Source of the DNA: Cetorhinus maximus
Lineage: Eukaryota
Direction: 5' to 3'
Assembly (NCBI RefSeq): GCF_964194155.1
Contig: NC_135904.1
Coordinates: 30,690,001-30,754,000, forward strand
DNA: 64,000 nucleotides
This document shows, in pieces, positions 1 to 13,177 of this stretch. The translations under genes were made by a program, and so were the position numbers. The notes beneath the pieces were generated by a model. It worked only from the letters and a program-made list of their open reading frames with translations. It was not told the DNA's origin and did not search any database. The first letter of the stretch is position 1; the number at the start of each line of letters is the position of its first letter.

Positions 1-900
1 TGGATGTCATTTCCTCATCGGCTGCTGATCCTCAATTTGAGGATGACACCTGCTCAGGTTCATGGGTTTCTGCCATGGGTCTTCACGTGGCTGAACAGGC
101 GGACTCTCGACCGGCAGGTCTTCGTCACACGGACAGGATGTTCTGGGAAGTAGTGGGATCCAAACTGGAGGATTCCCTTCCTTCTCTTTCCTTCACTGCT
201 GCTGCTCTGCTTCATCATTACGATGTTTGGACTCAAAGCATAATGCAGCTTGATGGAGAAGTTGTCGCCATTTTGAATAATTGGTAACAAGCCCTTCCCG
301 ATCATTAACGTCAATGCTGCTGCTCTTCAGGGAGAGCTTCAGAGTGTCGATGAAGTGTTTTCTTTGCCCTCTGCTGGAATGCTGGTCATTTGAGAGTTGA
401 GAACACAGGGTCTGGCAGGGGAAGATACTTTTTGGCCATTGGGAAACAGGTGTCCAGTCCATCGCAGTTGATTTTGCAGGAGTTTTGCCTGATTGCTTGT
501 GGAGCTGGCTTCAGTAAGGACACTAGCATTTCTTTGATGGTCCTTCAGATTCAATGGGAGGACCATCAAAGAAAGGCTAGTGTCCTTATTGAAGCCAGTT
601 CCACAAGCAATCAGGCAAAAAATGTGGCAGAGGCATTGCCCCTGGAATTTCTCTAGTGGTCTTGTGTCACTGATACACCACGTCTCATTGCAGTGCAGTG
701 GTGACAACAACTGCTCTGTGCACTAGGACTTTTGCTGACTTGGAGGTCTTTGTTGTCAAACACTCGCTGCTGTAGTTTGTAGAAGGCTGAGCTGGTGTTG
801 GATCTCATCAATGGCGATCTTTTGAGAGAGGTGGCTGCTAAAAGTATGGGTACTGCTCAACATATTCCAGAGTCTTCCTTTCAGCATAAATGGAAGGTGG
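1..900 (-). mobile_element. Degenerate RTE-clade LINE, 3' part of ORF
   Basis: Minus-strand fragments read SHLSQKIAIDEIQH, ETW...LEKFQGQCL, QNQLRWTGHL and the C-terminal zinc-finger-like TCRSRVRLFSHVKTH, typical of RTE/BovB-like ORFs. Multiple frameshifts. Confidence 0.75.
483..620. repeat. Inverted repeat with 62-bp arms and a 14-nt spacer inside the RTE relic
   Basis: 483-544 is the reverse complement of 559-620 with about 3 mismatches. Confidence 0.9.
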
Positions 901-1029
901 AATTTTAAAAATGACCAGACCTGGACTAATATGAGCTTCGACATGTCATTTTTATGAACTTCCTTATGGCCTTCAACAAAATTCCTCATAAGACACTACT
1001 AACTTAAGTTGAAGCTCATGGAATTGATC

Positions 1030-2040
1030 ACAAATTCTTCACCTGGATAAGGAATTGACCGGGTGGAAGGAAATAATGGGCAGGTACTCTTATTGGCATG
1101 ATGCGACTAGGGTTGTGCGCAAGGGCTCATCTATTCATCATATTTATTAACTTAGATGATGGGGTAGAGGACCACGTATCCAAGTTTGCCAATGACACAA
1201 ACATAGGAGGCATTATGGATGGAAGTATAAAATTAGAAAGAGGTATGAAGTGAATGGACAAAACTGTGGCAAATGGATTTCAATACAAGATGATGGGAGA
1301 TCACCCACTTTGAACCTAAAAAGGATAAGTCAGAGTACTTCATAAATGGTGAAATGCAAGAAGTAGTGGAAGTTTATGAGACTCAAGTCCACGTGCATAG
1401 ACTAAAAATGTAATGAATGAGCATAGAAAGCCAAAAAAGCTAATTGAATGGTGGCGTTTTCATCTAGAGGACTAAAATATAGGGGATTAGCAGTCTTACA
1501 ACACCTACACAAAACCCTGGTTAGGCCACACCTAGAGAATGGTGTCCAGTTCTGGACATCACATTTTAGAAAGGATATGTTGACCCAAGAGGGAATGCAG
1601 CCTAGATTTACTAGAATGATACTTGGACTTCAAGGGTTAAACCCTGAGGAGAGATTACACAAACCTCAGAATTAAGGTTAAGAGATGTTTTGATGCAAGT
1701 TTAAGATGATGAAGGGGAACTGATAGGAAAGAGAGAAGCCATTTCCACTGGTGGGAGAGTCCAGGACTAAGAAATATAACATAAAAATTACAGCCAGTCC
1801 TTTCTGGATTGAAGTCAGGAAACACTTCTACATGCAAAGGGCAGTATAAATTTGGCACTCTTCCACAAATGACAGTTATTGCAAAATTTTGAATTTCCAA
1901 TTGACCCAAGATTGATAGATTTCTGTTAACCAAATGTGTGGGGCAAAGGCAGGTTTATGGAATTAGTTCAGATATCAGCCATGATCTCTAAAAGAAGAGG
2001 AGGTGAGAGGGGCTGAATGGCCTTCTCCAGCTCCTATAAC
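1030..2040 (+). mobile_element. Degenerate CR1 LINE, RT C-terminus and 3' UTR
   Basis: KTLVRPHLENGVQFW and QPRFTRMILGL motifs; CR1-like 3' end gggctgaatggcct. Confidence 0.8.
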
Positions 2041-3684
2041 CCCAATTTTGAAGGGTCGGAAATGTTCAGGATGGCGGCTTATGACCTGTGCAACTTTGGG
2101 TGACATTTGAATATTGCAGACTTTAAACCAATAATAGGTTCTGACTACAGGCAATAACCTTGGATTCACTGGTGCATGACATTCACTGAAGACTAGGGTT
2201 GACACCTTATAGTGTGAAATAGGAAGTGCTGTCCAGCGATTGTGATCGCTGCTCCAGACCAAAGAGCTAACACAAAATAAACCTTAGATTTTCATGTTAC
2301 AACCTTAAAGACAACAGTTTCACTGAAGGTAATGTACAATGTCAAGTTCTTATTTAAATAGCTATTATATCACTGAATTAAGGCATTAGAGGATCATTTC
2401 TATTGCACACCTTTTTCTAGCATTTATCTATGCTAGGCTGGAGGATTTGCTCAAACGAGCCAACTTGTTTTGTATTTAAAAGGAAGACAGTGGTCGAGGA
2501 AGATACTTGCCTTCTCATTTCGCTCAGAAGTTTGTCCTTGTGAAGTATGCAAGTTTCTGATGGATTACAGCCAAGAAATTACATTCCATTGCCTGACAAC
2601 ACAGCTTCAGACTGGACACTTTCCACTCAGGGGTCACAAGTACAAGTGAGGCAATTATTTCTGAACTTGTAGTGGCAGAAGACCTGGAACAACCCCCTTA
2701 AATGACCCCTTCCCAGTGATCACAGTATATAAAAAAAAATTGCTACTTATTTTGGGAGGTGGGGGGAGTAAAGGGTTAAACTAAGAGGAGAAACGGATAA
2801 TCCCAGCACATGGTTTCCAAACCAACGTAAGACACAAATCAGTTCCCACCTTCATTATTTCATATTAAAATTTTGACACACTCTCTTTCAGCATATCATA
2901 TGACCGTCTGAATGGATTAAGGGAACACAAAACTAAAATATTTTTTTCCCTGCTGCCCAATAAAAACAAGGCCCTAAAATAAAAAGAACTCTCCTCTCAA
3001 CATAAGGGGGGGAAATATGGACTCTTGCCTTCAAGGGGCTTCATAACATGTTCACTAAGAAGTGACATTAAGAAGAATTCACAGGGCCAGCAAATCTCCC
3101 AGCTGCACAGCTGATGTCACTGCAAGGTCAACTCAAACCATAATGTGCCAAAACAGATAGCACTATAGCATCAAGCCCCTGTTCTGTTCCAAGTGCATCT
3201 TGATTCAATTCATTCAGAAGTAAAAAAAAAGCAATAAATACAGGAACAATTAATGCCATAATTCCAGAGTCAATTCAAATTACTTTGCTTCTTATCCTTC
3301 CTTCTACCATCGCTATACCTGAGTGACTTGATGCTTCTGTTCCTGGCTTTCTATGTTTCCTGCAATCCTTTTCACTCTGTGTTTCTGCATTAATCTTCAC
3401 ACAGCTGGATTTATTCCCCTCAGGATTTTCAAATTCTGCAAGATATCTGTTTCTACTATAGACATCACGCATTCTATATTAATACATTGGTGGAAATGTA
3501 CTTGCACATCCCAAGAATGGGAAAGACTGTTTTGTTAAAGGTGGGCCTCAAACGAGTAGCAGCAATACGGCAGAGCAGACTACATGAGGCAATATTTTTC
3601 CTCCTTTTCTAAGAAATCAGGTCTAGTCCAAAAATACTGAAAATGATTGCCCTAGGATAAAGGCCTAGGGCAACAATGCACATG

Positions 3685-3915
3685 AACATCATCATCATCA
3701 TCATGTTCCCCTCCAACCTGAACATGATATTGACTTGGGCATAAGTCACTGTTTCTTCATGGTCAGAATCCTGGAACTCCACATTGAATAGCATCGTGGG
3801 AGAACCTTCACCACACAGATTGCAGAGGTTCATGAAGGTGTGGCTTACTAATAAAGGCCAACTAGGGATGGGAAATAAACACCTGCTTTGCTGGTGCGGC
3901 CCACATCTCGATAAT
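3685..3915 (+). mobile_element. LINE-B 3' UTR fragment
   Basis: Similar to the 3' end of the 3970-5880 copy (aatcctggaactcc...agggatgggaaataaa). Confidence 0.6.
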
Positions 3916-3969
3916 TAAAAGAAAATGACAAATTGAAATAGTTTGTTGCTATAAATTTCAGAATATAAT

Positions 3970-5880
3970 ACACAATGAAGAGTGCAGGAGTGCATGCCAG
4001 GAGCAGCACGAGGCATACCTAAAAATGTCAACCTGGGTGAAGCTATAACACAGGACTACATGCCTGCCAAACAGCAAGTGATCGACAGAGCTAAGCGATC
4101 CCACAACCAACGGATCAGATCTAAGCTCTGCAGTCCTGCCACATCCAGTCATGAATGGTGGAGGACAATTAAGCAACTCATTGGAGGAGGTGGCTCCACA
4201 AGTAACTCCATCCTCAATGATGGAGGGGCCCAGCACATCAGTGCAAAAGATTAGGCTGAAGCATTTGCTACAATCTTCAGCCAGAAGTGCTGAGTGGATG
4301 ATCCTTTCAGCCTCCTCCAAAGGTCACCAGCATCACAGATGCCAGTCTTCAGCCAATTTGATTCACTCCATGTGGTATCAAGAAACGGCTGAAGGCACTA
4401 GATACTGCAAAGGCTATGGGCCCTGACAATATTCCCGCAATAGTACTGAAGACTTGTGTTCCAGAATTGCCGCACCCCTAGCCAAACTGTTCCAGTACAG
4501 CTACAACACTGGTATCTACCTAGCTGTGTGGAAAATTGCCCAGGTATGTCCTGTACACAAAAAGGACAAATCCAACCCAGCTAATTACCGGGTTCATCAG
4601 TGAAGTAATGAAGGGGTCATCAACAGTGCTATCAAGCAGCGCTTGCTTAGCAATAACCTGCTCACTGACGCCCAGTTTAGGTTCCACCAGGGCCACTCAG
4701 CTCCTGACTTCATTACAGCCTTAGTTCAAACATGGACAAAAGAGCTGAACTCTTGAGGTGAGGAGAGTGACTGTCAAATGTGGCCTTGATGTCAAGGGCA
4801 GCAAGGAGCCTGAGCAAAACAGGTGTCAATAGGAATCTGGGGGGAAACTCCTGGCACAAAGGAAGATGGTTGTGGTTGTTGGAGGTCAGTCATCTCAGCT
4901 CCGGGACATCACCGCAGGAGTTCCTTAGGATAGTGTCCTCAGCCTAACCATCTTCAGCTGCTTCATCAAAGACCTTCATTCCATCGTAAGGTCAGAAGTG
5001 GGGATGTTTGCTGATGATTGCACAATGTTCAGCACCATTCACGACTCCTCAGATACTAAAGCAGTCAATATTCAAATGCAGCAAGACCTGGACAATAGCC
5101 AGGCTTGGGCTGACAAGTAGCAAGTAACATTCGCATCACACAAGTGTCAGGCAATGACCATCTCCAACAAGAGAGAATCCAACCATTGCCCCTTAATGTT
5201 CAATGGCATTACCATCACTGAATCCCCCACTATCAACATCCTGGGGTCTACCATAGACCAGAAACTGAACTGGACTAGCCATATAAGTACTGTGGCTACA
5301 AGAGCAGGTCAGAGGCTAGGAATTGTGCAATGAGTAACCCACCTCCTGACTCCCCAAAGCCTGTCCACCATCTACAAGGCACAAGTCAGGAGTGTAATGG
5401 AATACTCCCCACTTGCCTGGATGAGTGCAGCTCCCACAACACTCAAGAAGCTTGATACCATCCAGGACAATGCAGTTGCTTGATTGGCACCCCATCCACA
5501 AACATTCACTCCCTCCACCACCGACACACAGTGGCAGCAGTGTGTATCATCTACAAGATTCACTGCAAGAATTCACCAAGGCTCCTTAGACAGCACCTTC
5601 CAAATCCATGACCACTACCATCTAGAAGGTCAAGGGCAGCAGACACATGGGAACACCACCACCTGGTCACACACCATCCTGACTTGGAAATATATCGCCA
5701 TTCCTTCACTGTCGCTGGGTCAAAAATCCTGCAATTCTTCCAGACAGCACTGTGGGTGTACCAACACCACACGGACTGCAGAGGTTCAAGTAGGCAGCTC
5801 ACCACCACCTTCTCAAGGGCAATTAGGGATGTGCAATAAATGCTGGCCCAGCCAGCAAAGCCCACATCCCGTGAATAAAT
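3970..5880 (+). mobile_element. LINE-B (CR1/L2-group non-LTR retrotransposon), 5'-truncated and frameshifted
   Basis: RT motifs KAMGPDNIP, GVP*DSVL, MFADDCT and IYKAQVRSVMEYSPLAW; conserved 3' tail ctcaagggcaattagggatg...aataaa shared by many copies in this window. Confidence 0.85.
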
Positions 5881-6204
5881 TGTTTTAAAAACTGATTTTC
5901 ATGATGGGAGAATCAAATTTGCTTGATCACCATGCATAATGCACATCTAGATTTTTTGCAATACTGCCAAAGTGACCCCTCTTCTTAACAAAAGTAGTGA
6001 GCAAACCTAACTAAGCTAAAGGGCCCATTTCCATTGAGTTTGCTGAGCAGCCAGCTCCCACGCCTATGCAAAATGCGCCATATTCAAGTGGACTGAATGA
6101 ACCAACAGCGTTTATTATTCAATTGAAAGCTGCATGCGAGATGCAGACAAGTCGATACAGCAAGGTGGAACTCTTTGTACTAATGTTGAGTTAAAAATAT
6201 TAAC

Positions 6205-6330
6205 TGTTAACATGGCAGAGAAAGGGAAAAATTACATGGCAACCTTCAAACTCATGATAGAAGTTGCTGAAAACCAAAGTGACAGGGTAACAGTATTAGA
6301 AGAGCAACGTAAATAGTTTGAGGACAGCAA
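6205..6330 (+). mobile_element. Possible pogo-type (Brinker-DBD-like) transposase N-terminal relic
   Basis: MAEKGKNYMATFKLMIEVAENQS resembles the Y..AFKL.VIE.AE start of pogo-like transposases. Short and isolated. Confidence 0.3.
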
Positions 6331-7644
6331 ATCAGGCACAGCTTCCATACAGGTAAATAAATCTGAAGCAAGATTCTTAAAACTTAGCATCTTGATAATT
6401 TCTTTCAAAAATTAATTTTATAATTGCCGAAAATTAATGAAAACAAGAAACGATTCTCTTTACCTTAAACCCAGAAGAATTTTTAAAAATGCTATTGAAA
6501 TGCAACGTTTCTAGCAAATAAGCATCAACATTCACAATGTGTCTTCTCAACCAGCTGCAAAATTGATTTGATACCATGTATAAAATGCACCTTAACTTCC
6601 AGATAAATTTTTAAAGAAAGAAAAAAGTGTATTCAGAGGATTACAGTAGATTTCACTGCATGGAATTTCCTCAAGACGTTTTCCTGATCAGGTGCCATCA
6701 CTGTCGCAAAATTGGGAGAAATCCCATTTAGACAGTGTTTCCACCAAAGTTAACAGTGATCAAATCAGAAGAATTCGAGGAAATTCCAGGCACCAAGCTT
6801 TAATCCCAAGGAAACTGGCCAAAGTAAGTATTTAGCTGTGGCATGAATTTATAGACATGTTGTAAAATGAGCTGAACTGAGGAATTTGTTTTGTTAAATG
6901 GCGTTTGACTCCCACACTGCAGAAGAGTACAACTACGACGTGGATTTTATTCAAAACTTGCACCATAACAATGGTGCAGGTGCATCTTCAGTGCTTGCTA
7001 TTATTATGGAGCAGAGCCTGCCTTGGACCCAGGTGGACATTAGCTCTGCTGCTTCTGACTCACTCTGTGCTCACTATGACACATTCAAATTCTTCCATCA
7101 AATTTTGGTTTAATTCACGACCGGCAGATCAGTGAGCTCCAGGGTCTCATGTGCGGCATTTGTCAACAATATTGCCAAAGCAGTGAATTCCAGGCTACTG
7201 ACTCAAAGAGAAGTTGTGAAAGGCCCTAGCGCAGACTCTCAGAATCATCGCAAACAACTCAAAAAGGCAGGGCAATGCAGAACTACAGGAGTCTTGCTCA
7301 CATGAGCCCTTATGGGACAATCGCAAAGCCCATAGATTGTAAGTATGACCGATGACTGATGGAGCGATCAATATTAGTTATTTCCAACACACGGGTGGAC
7401 TTAGTATTTATTGCTTTTCTGTAAGGAAAAAAGCATGATTGGTCTTAAATCAAACATGCAGTCACTTAATCAATCACACTACTTTCCCTTGGCTGGGTAG
7501 CAGCTGACTACATCAATCAACACCAGCACATATGAGACATTTTGAATCGGTCTTGGATGTTCTTCCGGATCGTGTGTCACCTATCACTCCTGTGACGGCA
7601 CCATTTCCCTCAGGATCAGTTCATTTTCCTATACAATATTTAAA

Positions 7645-8215
7645 TTGATGGCTCTCAAAACCTTTTTTGGCTGAAGGATCCTTTTTCAAATGTATTAGTA
7701 ATCATGGCTCCCCATTTAAATTATAGTATTTATAATATGAAGGACCTGCATGTAAAGTGTGCTTTCATAATGCTTTTGAGAAAACAGGTATTTACTTACA
7801 GATACCAGCAGGATGGTTGTGTCTGTCTATCCTTAGCAGGAGCTCAGGGAGAGCACTAGGGGAAAGAGCAGGAACACTGGCGGGGGAGGGTAGGGGGCCG
7901 GAGCAGAAAGCAAGTGCTGGAACATGGAAGAGGAGTGTGTAAGAAGCAGGAAGTAGAAGCACTGGGGTTGTGGGGGGGTGCGGTGGGGGGGAGTGGGGGT
8001 GGAAAGAGGTGGTGGTAAAAGAAAACATCTCTCAGAGAGCACAAGAGCAGGAGTATCAGGGTAATAGACCGCACTTCCAGCTGCCACTTGCACACTCACT
8101 CATTCACTGTTAACAATGTCGCCCATTCAGGCCACCCACCCATAAGGTCAGCCCTGCATTGTGGACTCCCTGAAAAGGTCTCCATCGCACACAAGTGTCC
8201 ACTTGATAATCACTA
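7645..8215. mobile_element. Possible hAT-type MITE relic
   Basis: Ends gatggctctcaaaaccttt and ttgataatcact resemble degenerate CAGTGGTTCTCAA-type termini. Confidence 0.3.
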
Positions 8216-8467
8216 ATCTAGATAGACAATAGTATAATCTGTGAATGCAATGATATGCTGGAGGACTAGTGGCCACATTCCTCACTCATATGGCTGTGCA
8301 CTTCTCCATATTCAGGAAGGCAGACTGATTAGCAAATTAGTGAGAATAATATGAATTAAGCTTCTTTATTTACAGGCAATAAGCACATGCACAGGGTGAG
8401 CAGTTATAGCAATTCTCACCTTACCCCACTTCCTTCTCCCACTCAAAGAAAATATGTCATAGTTCGC

Positions 8468-8707
8468 TGTTGTAATATGCCTTTAAGGGATAGCAGCATG
8501 CCATCACGAGAAGGCAAGTGTGTCATATGATCCAGTCTCAGTTTCACTTTGGCCTGTGAGCAGAAAACAGCACACACAGCTCTGCTGCTGATGTCGTCAA
8601 GCTTTCTAACCTTGTTCTCGTGCGCCTATCTTAAATAAACAAACCCACAACATGTTTACACAATCCCTTAAGAGTGATTGGTGCCGTTATATCATTATAA
8701 AAGCACA
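8468..8707 (+). repeat. 5' LTR of the Gypsy element (3' end approximate)
   Basis: Starts TGTTGTAATATG, aligns with 11880-12073, contains AATAAA, and is followed by CA|TGG. Confidence 0.7.
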
Positions 8708-11700
8708 TGGTCTTCAACGGTTGTCAAAAAGTGTGGCAGCAAAGTATAGATATGACATGGTGAACAACTTTCGATTATGTTACATGGCAGGAGATGACCC
8801 TCAGCATTATGGTCAAGAGCGCAATGAGTCCGCAGCATCAGAGTGTGCTGAAATCGCAGCACGGTGACTGCAAAGAAAAGCTTGGAAGACGCTGAGGCAG
8901 TGCTCATATAAAGAGCTGGTAAGCAGATGGATACCTCGTGGTGAGATTGCAGTGCATGGCCTGTCAGTTCATTGAGTGGGACAGCACATCAAGAGAACGA
9001 GCACCGGGTTAGCTTAGTTGGGAAAGGCAAGTGACCAGAGTGTGGGCCGACATGACAGTGAGTCAGGGAGAGTCAAACAAAATAACAAAACCATCAGAAA
9101 AATCACGCCAGAGGGTTACTACAGGCGCCTCCAGAGTTGAACGATAAATTGAATAAAACAAGGAGGAAGTGATATTGTAAACTTGTTCACAAAACTCCCA
9201 ATTTGAATTGCGATGCAGCTGGCCTACTATATGTTTAAACAGCTATAGAGCTGTGGTTTCTTGATTCAGGTGTCTGAACCAGACAAGCAAATCAGAAGAA
9301 TTCACCTAGCAATCAGAAAGGAAGGTCTACATAGGCTGAACAAGTCAGGGTTAACAGAAGAGCTAAAGGATTCCCAAAAGATATGGACATTAGGAGACCA
9401 GTTCAGAATCAGGTTAAACCTCTGTATTCAACTATTGTTCATGTCATTGCGAAAGCAGCCTGCAGAATCCATAGACCACTTCATCAGCAGATGCAGAGAA
9501 AAAAAAGTCTGTATTGTGATTTTCCAAATGCACAGGGAGCAGGCAGAATTGTTGAGTTGGTGATCACATCCATTCCCATGGAAGCATTCCAGAAAGACCT
9601 GCTACACAAGCCCAAAACATATAGCATCAAAGAGCTACTCAAGAGCTACTCGACAAAGCTTACAGGTCTTAAGTCCAGCCCCAATTGTTGACATACTCAC
9701 TAGAACATCCAAACCTCACAAGACATGTGGAAGGTGTGGCCTTCTCCATGCACCAAGCAAATACCCAGCATTTCATCAACTATGCAAGGCATGTGGCAGA
9801 AAGGGCCATTGGCAGCAGCAGTGCACTAGAGCAAAGGCTGATGCAGCTACAAAGAGCTGTGCACTGATCCAAACAGATGACACACATTGTCTATCTTCAA
9901 GCAATAGAAATGAACCCATCAGAAACACAGGACCTGATTGACAAACCAAAAAGTGACGATGATGTGCACGATGAGTCAGAGGTGGACATAGGTTTCATCC
10001 CGTCAATCTCATGGAAAACAGATAACATCACACCATCCAAGTGTTTTCCAAGATTCAAATTATCTGTGCTAGGAAAGTTATAAATACTCATTATTGGCCA
10101 AGATTTACACAAGGGCATGTGCCAAATTACTACCTCTGCAGATTCTAAAAGAATCATGCATCTACAGACATGGAAGACCCCTGGTGAAACCTACTATTGT
10201 GCAACTTTGAGTATACAACAGTTCACTAATTCCATGTGTAGGGTCCTGAAGTGCAAGCACAACCAATCCTCCTCGGTGTCACAGATGTTCTCCATTGTGG
10301 AGTCTAAAGGCCCAGCAACAGCAGGTCTAAGGCATGCTGTGACCTCACACTAGCAACAATCCATGGAATCAGTCAGACCTCATGCAGTGGATCAACCTCA
10401 GGAATTACTCTGATCACCTCGGTTGATGACCCTAATACTGAAATATCCAAAACGTTTCGACAAAATTGGCAGTTCCAAGGGAGCTGCAATGTTACACTTG
10501 CAGGAGAATCAGAGTCCATCTATTGATATGGTACTTTCCGTGCAAAACAAACACCAACAGCTACAAGAAGAAACAGCAAATGATTCCACATTACAGAACG
10601 TGGGAAACCATCATTCAAGGGTGGCCTGATTCAATTCAACATGCCCACGAACATGTGAAGCCATTTTGGCCTTACTGGGACAAGCTGGGCATCTCTTGAG
10701 GAATTGTTTTTAAAGGCAGGCAGGTCATCATACCGGAATCTTTGTGATCTGATATTCTTCAGCAACTTCTTCACTCACATGGGCATAGATCAACAAGATG
10801 ACTCACAAGAAAGACAGTCTATTGGCCGGGTATGAACAATGACATTGAGGTCGTCAACAAGGAGTGCAAGGCATGTCAAGAGTATATGCCAAGTCAGCAC
10901 AGAGAACCACTAACTCCACTTGAAGTTACTACCAGCCCTCAGTCCAAAATCGCATCTGATCTCCTTCACGTCCGTGGTACTTACTTCATCAACTTCTTTG
11001 CCAAGTACCCCATTATTTGACAATTGCACAACACATTATGCACAACTGTTGCTCACAATCCAAGTGCTATTTTCAGTTTATTTGGTGTGCCTAGGGAGGT
11101 CGTTACGGATAACGGTTAGCAATTTATTGGGAAGCCTGTCAGGATGTGCGCAAAGTGAAATATTGATCACACTACTTCTCATTACCCTAGATCTAATATC
11201 CTAACTGAACGAATGATATGCACAGTGAAATCCTCAATTCTCAAAAGTAGACAACCCAAGCAAGATCTACACATCACAACGTTACATCGGAGAGCGACAC
11301 CTCTAAGTGCAACTATTCCTTCACCAGCAGAGCTCATGTTTGGCAGACCAGTGCATGCCAATTTACCTACTCTGACCCATTCTACTCTCAGAAACTAGAA
11401 AGCAACTTTTAAAACTGCAAGGGAAAATGACCAACGTGCACAATAAAAATGCAGATACAGAATTGCCAAGTTTACAGTTAGAACAAAAGTTTGCATTGAG
11501 GGTCCCATAGAAGGTACATGGTAACCAGCTAAGGTGACAAGGGTTTGTTCAGAACTAAGGTCTAATGAAGTCATTACACACAAAGGTGGAGTAACCCAGG
11601 GCACCATTCCAGCTCCTCAATCACCATACAGTCCCATTACATTGAGATAAGATCCCAAATGAAACAGATCACTGTGAGCAATTAAAGAAACCTCCAGGCA

Positions 11701-11879
11701 AGGTTACCATCACAACATATGGGTGTACCAGGAGATTATCTTTATGCTCGAGAGATTCAGATTCACCAGTCCTACAAACTTATGTAATGGAAACTTAAAA
11801 AGTATATGTATCGTAATAATTATATTTCTTTGGAAGGGGGGGTGGGAAGGGGGAAATATCTTTAAAAGAGAAAGGGGGA

Positions 11880-12073
11880 TGTTTTAATATGTCTTTAAAG
11901 GAATAGCAGCATGCCATTACTAGACGGGAACTGCAGCATGTGATCCAGTCTGAGTTTCACTTTCACCTGTAAGCAGAAAACAGCACAAACAGCCCTGCTG
12001 ATGTTCTCTTGCACCTAGTTTAAATAAATGAACCCACAACATGTTTAGAGAATCCCTTATGACTGATTGGTGC
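11880..12073 (+). repeat. 3' LTR of the Gypsy element (truncated)
   Basis: Starts TGTTTTAATATG directly after the PPT; diverged copy of the 5' LTR. Confidence 0.75.
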
Positions 12074-12194
12074 TCTTCTCAAGAGGCTGCTCAAAGTCTA
12101 CCTGCTTCTCAGCAGACTTTAGCAGCTTACCCTAAACGTGTGTCCTATTCTTTTAGTGACCTCTCTCAGCTGGGTGTTGTGACTCCTTTAAAAG

Positions 12195-12880
12195 GTCATA
12201 AGAAATAGTAGGCCATTTGGCCCATCGAGCTTACGCCACCATTCAAAAAAGATTGTGGCTGTTCTGATTGTGACCTTAACTGCACCTTCCTGCCTGCTTG
12301 CCATAACTCTCAACCTGCTCACTGATCAACCTGATCAAAAGTCTGCCTAACTCAGCCTTGAATATATCCAGTGACCCAGCCTCTGCTCCACTCAGGGGAA
12401 AGAGATAATTCCAAAGACAAACGACCCTCAGAAAAGAAACTTCTCATCTCCGTCTTACATGGGAAATCCCTTATTTATAAACTGTGCCCCCTAGCTCTAT
12501 ATTCCCCCACAAGGGAAAACATCCTCTCAACAATTACCTTGTCAAGTTCCCTCAGAATCTTATATGTTTCAATAAGGTCATCTCTCATTCTTCTAAACTC
12601 CAATGAGGATAGGCTCAACCTGCCCTCATAAGACAGCCTCTTCATCTCAGGAATCAGCCAAGTGAACCTTCTCTGAACTGCTTCCAATGCAAGTATATTC
12701 TTCCTTAAAGATATCAAAACCGTAACAGTACTCCCGACCTGGTCTCACAATGCCCCGCACAACTGCAGCAAGACTCCCTTAATTTTATACTCCATCCCCT
12801 TTACAATAAAATCTAATGCTCCATCTGCCTTCCTAATTGCTTACTGTACACACATGCTAACTTTGTGATTTATGTACAAG
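12195..12880 (-). mobile_element. CR1 LINE 3' fragment
   Basis: ALEAVQRRFTWLIPEMK...RRMRDDLIETYKIL motif and a CR1 3' UTR. Confidence 0.85.
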
Positions 12881-13043
12881 GGCACATTTCCTGTCCAGAG
12901 TTTGGAAACTGGAGCTGCTAATGAAATTGGCATGGCCCTCTCTGTCTTTAAGCTTCTTCAAACTAGCTCCTGTCAGAGCCCCAGAAGGTAAAATACACCA
13001 ATCCTTAATGGGTGAACATTGAGCTGAAGCTTTTGAATATGCA

Positions 13044-13177
13044 CCTTTCTCCTTTCACCTTTCTCCTAACTATGCTTCAGTTCTGCCGAAGGGTCGTGAA
13101 GACTCGAAACGTTAACTGATTTCTTCTCCACCGATGCTGCCAGACCTGCTGAGTTTTTCCAGGTAATTCTGTTTTTG
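13044..13177 (+). mobile_element. Short Penelope-derived element carrying a hammerhead motif, with a 13-bp TSD
   Basis: Flanked by the direct repeat ttttgaatatgca (13031-13043 and 13178-13190). The body is similar to the terminus of the Penelope-like element at 48243-48322. Confidence 0.8.
13077..13119 (+). ncRNA. Minimal type I hammerhead ribozyme motif (variant core CUGCCGA)
   Basis: Stem I UCAGUU/AACUGA (6 bp); core CUGCCGA-A; stem II GGGUC/GACUC; GAAA; palindromic ACGU; cleavage triplet GUU. Confidence 0.7.

Larger units (their letters stand above)
8468..12073 (+). mobile_element. Gypsy/Ty3 LTR retrotransposon, degenerate, with RT-RNase H deleted
   Basis: Two related LTRs starting at 8468 and 11880; polypurine tract aaaagagaaaggggga before the 3' LTR; gag with a CKACGRKGHWQQQC knuckle; integrase features (IIQGWP, H..MGI...CKAC, DNG, ERMICTVK, SPAELMFGR). 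Confidence 0.85.

Noticed and set aside
6898-7320. Coding-looking segment on the plus strand
   Set aside because: Short frames with stops and no family I can recognise. A BLASTX search would be needed.
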